A DNA stretch of 64,000 bases from Candidatus Poribacteria bacterium. Its GTDB lineage: Bacteria > Poribacteria > WGA-4E > WGA-3G. Positions 60,158 to 64,000 of the stretch are shown here, in pieces; position 1 is the stretch's first letter; every line of letters begins with the position of its first letter. The stretch is from assembly GCA_965198235.1 (NCBI GenBank), contig OZ240248.1, positions 3,584,001-3,648,000 of the forward strand. The letters are read 5' to 3'. The translations under genes were made by a program, and so were the position numbers. The notes under the pieces were generated by a model. That model was not told the DNA's origin, did no database searches, and saw nothing but the letters and a program-made list of their open reading frames with translations.

Positions 60158-60616
60158 ATGCAACACCATCTCGCTATTCTATTACCCGTCTGGATAGAAT
60201 TAATTCTTGACGGGAGTAAAACAATCGGAAGCTGGTTCACCAAAATTCGATGCGCCCCCTACGGCAAGGTCAATAAAGGGGACATCATCTATATGAAAGA
60301 GACTGGCGGACTCGTCAAAGGCATGTTTACGGTTTCTGAAGTGGAGACCTTTGATACCATAACATCGGTCGAGGTGTTTGATATTTATGCACATTGTGGT
60401 CAGCAGATATTTGGCATGGATCATTTTTCTGAGGAATGGGACGAGTTTTATAAATCGGGATCGCTAGCCGAGGCATTGAAGAATTGGGATCAGTCAAATT
60501 ATGCCACACTCATCCATATCGCAAACCCAATTGCTTTCGCCAAACCGTTTCCGTTCCCGAAACGGGACCAAAGGTCATGGGTGCTTTTGGATGAACCCCT
60601 GATGCAAACGCTTTAA
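60158..60616 (+). CDS. ASCH domain protein (degenerate signature)
   Basis: HLAIL..LILDGSKTI..APYGKV.KGD..KETGG; AGGAGG RBS. Confidence 0.75.
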   Translation: MQHHLAILLPVWIELILDGSKTIGSWFTKIRCAPYGKVNKGDIIYMKETGGLVKGMFTVSEVETFDTITSVEVFDIYAHCGQQIFGMDHFSEEWDEFYKSGSLAEALKNWDQSNYATLIHIANPIAFAKPFPFPKRDQRSWVLLDEPLMQTL

Positions 60617-60858
60617 AACACAGAGCGTCTACGAAAGCCGAAGATTCGTGAGCGTTCTATTTTAATGCTTTGTGAGGTTTGTAACTCCATAAGAAGCAAC
60701 GTACGTAACGTGAGTTTGAAAAAAGTTTAGTCGTTAGAGGATCATAGGTAAATCCGTGCTGCCGTGAAGTGCATCAAACTTCCGCGGACCGGCACATTTG
60801 AAAGACTAACTTAAAACTATTGATTGCGATTTTCTACGCAATGGGAGATGAGCGTTTT

Positions 60859-62026
60859 ATGGAAATTTATTTTGGTGAATACGATAAATACAGTATTGAG
60901 GGAAAAATCATTGATATAAATGATACTAAAGTTTGGACAATTTGTGTCGGTTAGCCATTGCGTTTTTCAGTATCTTCGTATTTTTCTACGAGTTTGGTGT
61001 TTCGACGTAACGTGGAAAAAAACCTATTTACGTTCGACTCGCGTTAGTATAAACATAGCAAGCCGAAGAAAGTGCGTTTGCATGTGTATCCTTTTTCTAT
61101 AGACATATCACCCCTACGGGGTGGGGCTTCCCATATTCAGTGGGTCTCGCCAATACAGATGTTGCTTCTCTTTGCTCCAGCGGAGCAATATGTCTATAGT
61201 CCAGAAGTGTCGCAAGCCCCGCACTCCAGCGGAGTGCTATGTCTGAAAAATTGTCCAAAGCTTAGTAAATGATAGGAGTAGCACACTTACTATTTCCGTT
61301 ACTTCCCCTTTTGTGAATGAGGTCAAGTTTTATTGTAATTCAGATCATTATGATATGCTTCATCCTCCAAAATTTACTTACAGTTGGATAAGTTGGGTCC
61401 GAGATAGCGCACATCCAGTTGTGTCGGAAGCTGCTGCTTACTATAATACCAACGACAAATGTTTTTACAAAAAAGAATCGGGCAGCGAATCAGAATGGGA
61501 ACGCGCGGATTTCAAGGACATTTATGAAGATAATCCCAATCTTCTTACAAAAAATACGAATGTGCTGCAGGAAAAATATCAATCATTCCTATACAAGTAC
61601 AAGTCAATCCTACATAAAGAACAGTTATGCCGCTTTTCCGCTTATGTTATTAAGAGAACCGATACGAAGTTCCACTCTGTGCGTGGTCAAGAAGTTGAAA
61701 GACATCCTAATGACTACGACTATACTTGGATATATGATCCCGATTCTTTTTATGGAGAAAAATGGGATGCAGAATCTATTGATGGTTTAGTCAAAGAAAT
61801 ACTTCCTTCAAGAGAGTGCCTTGAGGAGTTGATTAAACGTCATGATGCTGCCGATGACGAATTGAACAGAAGAAAGTGGAAAGAGAGATGGGAACGAGTA
61901 AAATCGATTCCAAAGCATGTTGAGGATTTTATAGGGGAGTATCCACGATCGTTGTGGTTAATAATAACCTTGGGAACGTTTATCTTAGGAATAGTATCTT
62001 TCATAGCATCCCTTTTAAAAGATTAA
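60859..62026 (+). pseudogene. AT-rich hypothetical membrane-anchored gene interrupted by a MITE
   Basis: MEIYFGEYDKYSIEGKIIDIND joins in frame to RSSTLTISVTSPFVNEVKF when 60926-61274 is removed; C-terminal TM. Confidence 0.75.
60926..61265. mobile_element. 340-bp MITE with 18-bp TIRs and 9-bp TSD TAAATGATA
   Basis: ctaaagtttggacaattt / aaattgtccaaagcttag (16/18); taaatgata at 60917-60925 and 61266-61274; REP family B cargo. Confidence 0.88.
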
Positions 62027-62446
62027 ATTTCTTGTGAGTTTTTAATCCCCAAACGACTTATTGCGTTATTTATTACCACCCTAATTTTCAGGTAAAATAG
62101 CGCATTTTTTTCGCGTTTTTTTATTGACAAAAAATCAGGGAAAAAATGCTATAATAATAGAGAGAAAGTGGGGCGGGAAGCCACCCGCCCTACCAGAAAT
62201 AATCAACCGAGCTATCATACTGGAATCTTGTATAGGTGTTTTCATTTTAACGCCTTTCCTTTAGAAACGTCAAGCGAGGTCCCCCAACCTATGATGCTTG
62301 ACATTTTGTGAAAATCTCTCCACTGTTGACTATCCCGAATAACGCTAAAATCAGCACAAGACGATTCAGTTGAATAGTCCTGTTAGAGCAGTGTTACGTC
62401 CAAGGGAACCTTTTTTGAAGAGAGCGAAGTGCCTTTGCAACTAAGT

Positions 62447-62548
62447 TAGGACTTACGCAAATTGAACAGAAAAGGGCATATTTCGTTGTATTTAACCCCC
62501 TAAATCCCCCTTATCAGGGGGACTTTAAGAGAGAATACGTAAGTCCTA
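62447..62548. mobile_element. MITE family F, 5-bp TSD TAAGT
   Basis: taggacttacgca ... tacgtaagtccta flanked by taagt; internal cccccttatcaggggg hairpin. Confidence 0.82.
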
Positions 62549-62696
62549 TAAGTGTGAAAAATGGTTGCCAGTAAGGCGATGTGCCGTTTTCCTGAAAATC
62601 AGAACTGAATGCACTACATGACGGTGGAATTCCGCTTGACACAGAGGAGATATCTCAGTAAAATAGACACTAAACACGACTGTCAATTTTTAAGAG

Positions 62697-64000
62697 ATGC
62701 TCATAAAATTTACGATTCACAGGACATTTTCATATTGGTTGTGGTTCATCACATTCGGTGTATTGGCACTGGTGCTTGCCAATGTCCCGTTGTTTAACAT
62801 TCTTGCTTTTGAGTTTTGCGCCGTAATGGCACTTAGTATCTCTTTCGCAGGTGCGCACGTAACACTGACAGTGTTGCGGCAGATGAAACGACATCCCGAT
62901 GCTCTTACTGGTACGCCGGGACAGGTCGCCATGCGGTGTTTTTGGGAGGCACTGATATTTAACGCGGGTTTATGGGGACTACCGCTCGGTATCATTCTGC
63001 TGAATGCGTTTCGCGTTGAAAACTGTAACTTCGGTGAGGGGTTCCTCTTTTTTATTATTTTGTCCGTAATTAGTTGCGTGTACGCGACGGCAGCGGGCGT
63101 GTTTTTCGGGTTCTGGATTAAAAAACGGTGGTTGGCATATCTTGCATATCTTGGTCATCTTTTGGTTTCTTGTATACCGGTGATTATCAATCTAATATTT
63201 CATCCGCCGGTGTTTGCGTATCATGCGACATTCGGGTATTTCCCAGGACCGATTTACGATTTCGTCATTCCGATAACAAATACACTGCTGATCGCACGGG
63301 CGGAAACACTATTGTGGGCACTGCTGTTTTTGGGACTTACTGTTAGCATTTGTGAAGTGAGCAGAGGGACAGGGTTGATGCCGCAGTTGAGGTGGCGTAA
63401 ACTTTTCAATTCGCCGGCAAGACGTGTATGGTTATATCTGTTAGTCATCGGTTTACTCGGTTTCCAGTTGTATACAGGGGCATTGGGAATCCGACCGACG
63501 CGCGACGATATTGCACGCGAACTCGGAGGCTTGCGTGAAACGGCACATTTTGAAATCTTCTATGCCCGTGAATTGGAAGCGGAGATTGAACGGATCGCTG
63601 AAGATTGCGAATTTCAGTACGCCCAGTTGTCTGATTATCTCGATCCTGAAGGCACGATGCAATCTCGGAAGGTCCGCGCGTATATCTATGCGTCTCCTGA
63701 ACAGAAAAAGAGATTGATTGGCGCGCGCGGCACATCTGTCGAAGACCCGTTCGGACACGGGTTTCACATTCATGCGCAGGGCTTTCCACATCCCGTCCTG
63801 AAACATGAGTTGGCACATGTCTTTACTGTGCCGTGGTCCCCGTTGAAGGTGAGTCTGAAGATAGGACTTCACGAAGGGATTGCGGTTGCCGCAGATTGGG
63901 ATGAAGGCAAGCTTACAGGACATCAGTGGGCGAAAGCGATGCGTCAGATGGAGGTTGCGCCTCCCTTGTCAGGAGTCATGGGGATTGGATTTTGGGGACA
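62697..64000 (+). CDS. multi-TM protein with gluzincin (peptidase MA-like) domain, runs off the window end
   Basis: Frame begins ATG 62697 (MLIKFTIHRTFSYWLW) and the same frame gives LKHELAH and LHEGIA near 63800-63890; absent from the ORF track because there is no stop in the window. Confidence 0.8.
   Translation, partial: MLIKFTIHRTFSYWLWFITFGVLALVLANVPLFNILAFEFCAVMALSISFAGAHVTLTVLRQMKRHPDALTGTPGQVAMRCFWEALIFNAGLWGLPLGIILLNAFRVENCNFGEGFLFFIILSVISCVYATAAGVFFGFWIKKRWLAYLAYLGHLLVSCIPVIINLIFHPPVFAYHATFGYFPGPIYDFVIPITNTLLIARAETLLWALLFLGLTVSICEVSRGTGLMPQLRWRKLFNSPARRVWLYLLVIGLLGFQLYTGALGIRPTRDDIARELGGLRETAHFEIFYARELEAEIERIAEDCEFQYAQLSDYLDPEGTMQSRKVRAYIYASPEQKKRLIGARGTSVEDPFGHGFHIHAQGFPHPVLKHELAHVFTVPWSPLKVSLKIGLHEGIAVAADWDEGKLTGHQWAKAMRQMEVAPPLSGVMGIGFWG

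Noticed and set aside
56001-62026. Prophage or integrative element
   Set aside because: No integrase, structural or replication genes, and no att-like flanking repeats were seen
62124-62200. Promoter plus hairpin as a small RNA gene
   Set aside because: The TTGACA-TATAAT spacing is 20 nt and the hairpin reads as a GTAG-type REP on the minus strand; support is insufficient

Overview
Bacterial chromosomal segment with no rRNA, tRNA or CRISPR array that I can recognise. It most likely comes from Candidatus Poribacteria or a similar sponge-associated lineage. This is inferred from the paired C-terminal 'PVxPxxKLxTxWxDxK' tails, PhyH dioxygenases, a DUF6785-like membrane protein, and CRTAC1, TPR, ankyrin and dockerin proteins. 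Housekeeping genes (hisD, murA, truA, rluD, moaB, uxuA) are mixed with carbohydrate, sulfate and redox enzymes, secreted beta-propeller proteins, two unusual toxin-antitoxin modules and a single-chain restriction-modification enzyme. Three themes stand out. (1) A stand-alone two-gene operon pairs a PspA/IM30 (ESCRT-III-like) protein carrying an acidic tail with a Ycf46/Vps4-like AAA+ ATPase, possibly started from an ATA codon. (2) There is a dense, nested population of small repeats: several GTAG-type REP families, an IS200/RAYT transposase remnant flanked by one of them, and at least three MITE families with clear terminal inverted repeats (TIRs) and 5- or 9-bp target-site duplications (TSDs) that carry REPs as cargo. 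One MITE splits a gene, and REPs appear in frame inside coding sequences. (3) Several genes carry lesions (in-frame stop, frameshifts, fragments) that may be real decay or assembly errors. All family assignments come from motif recognition by eye, not database searches.
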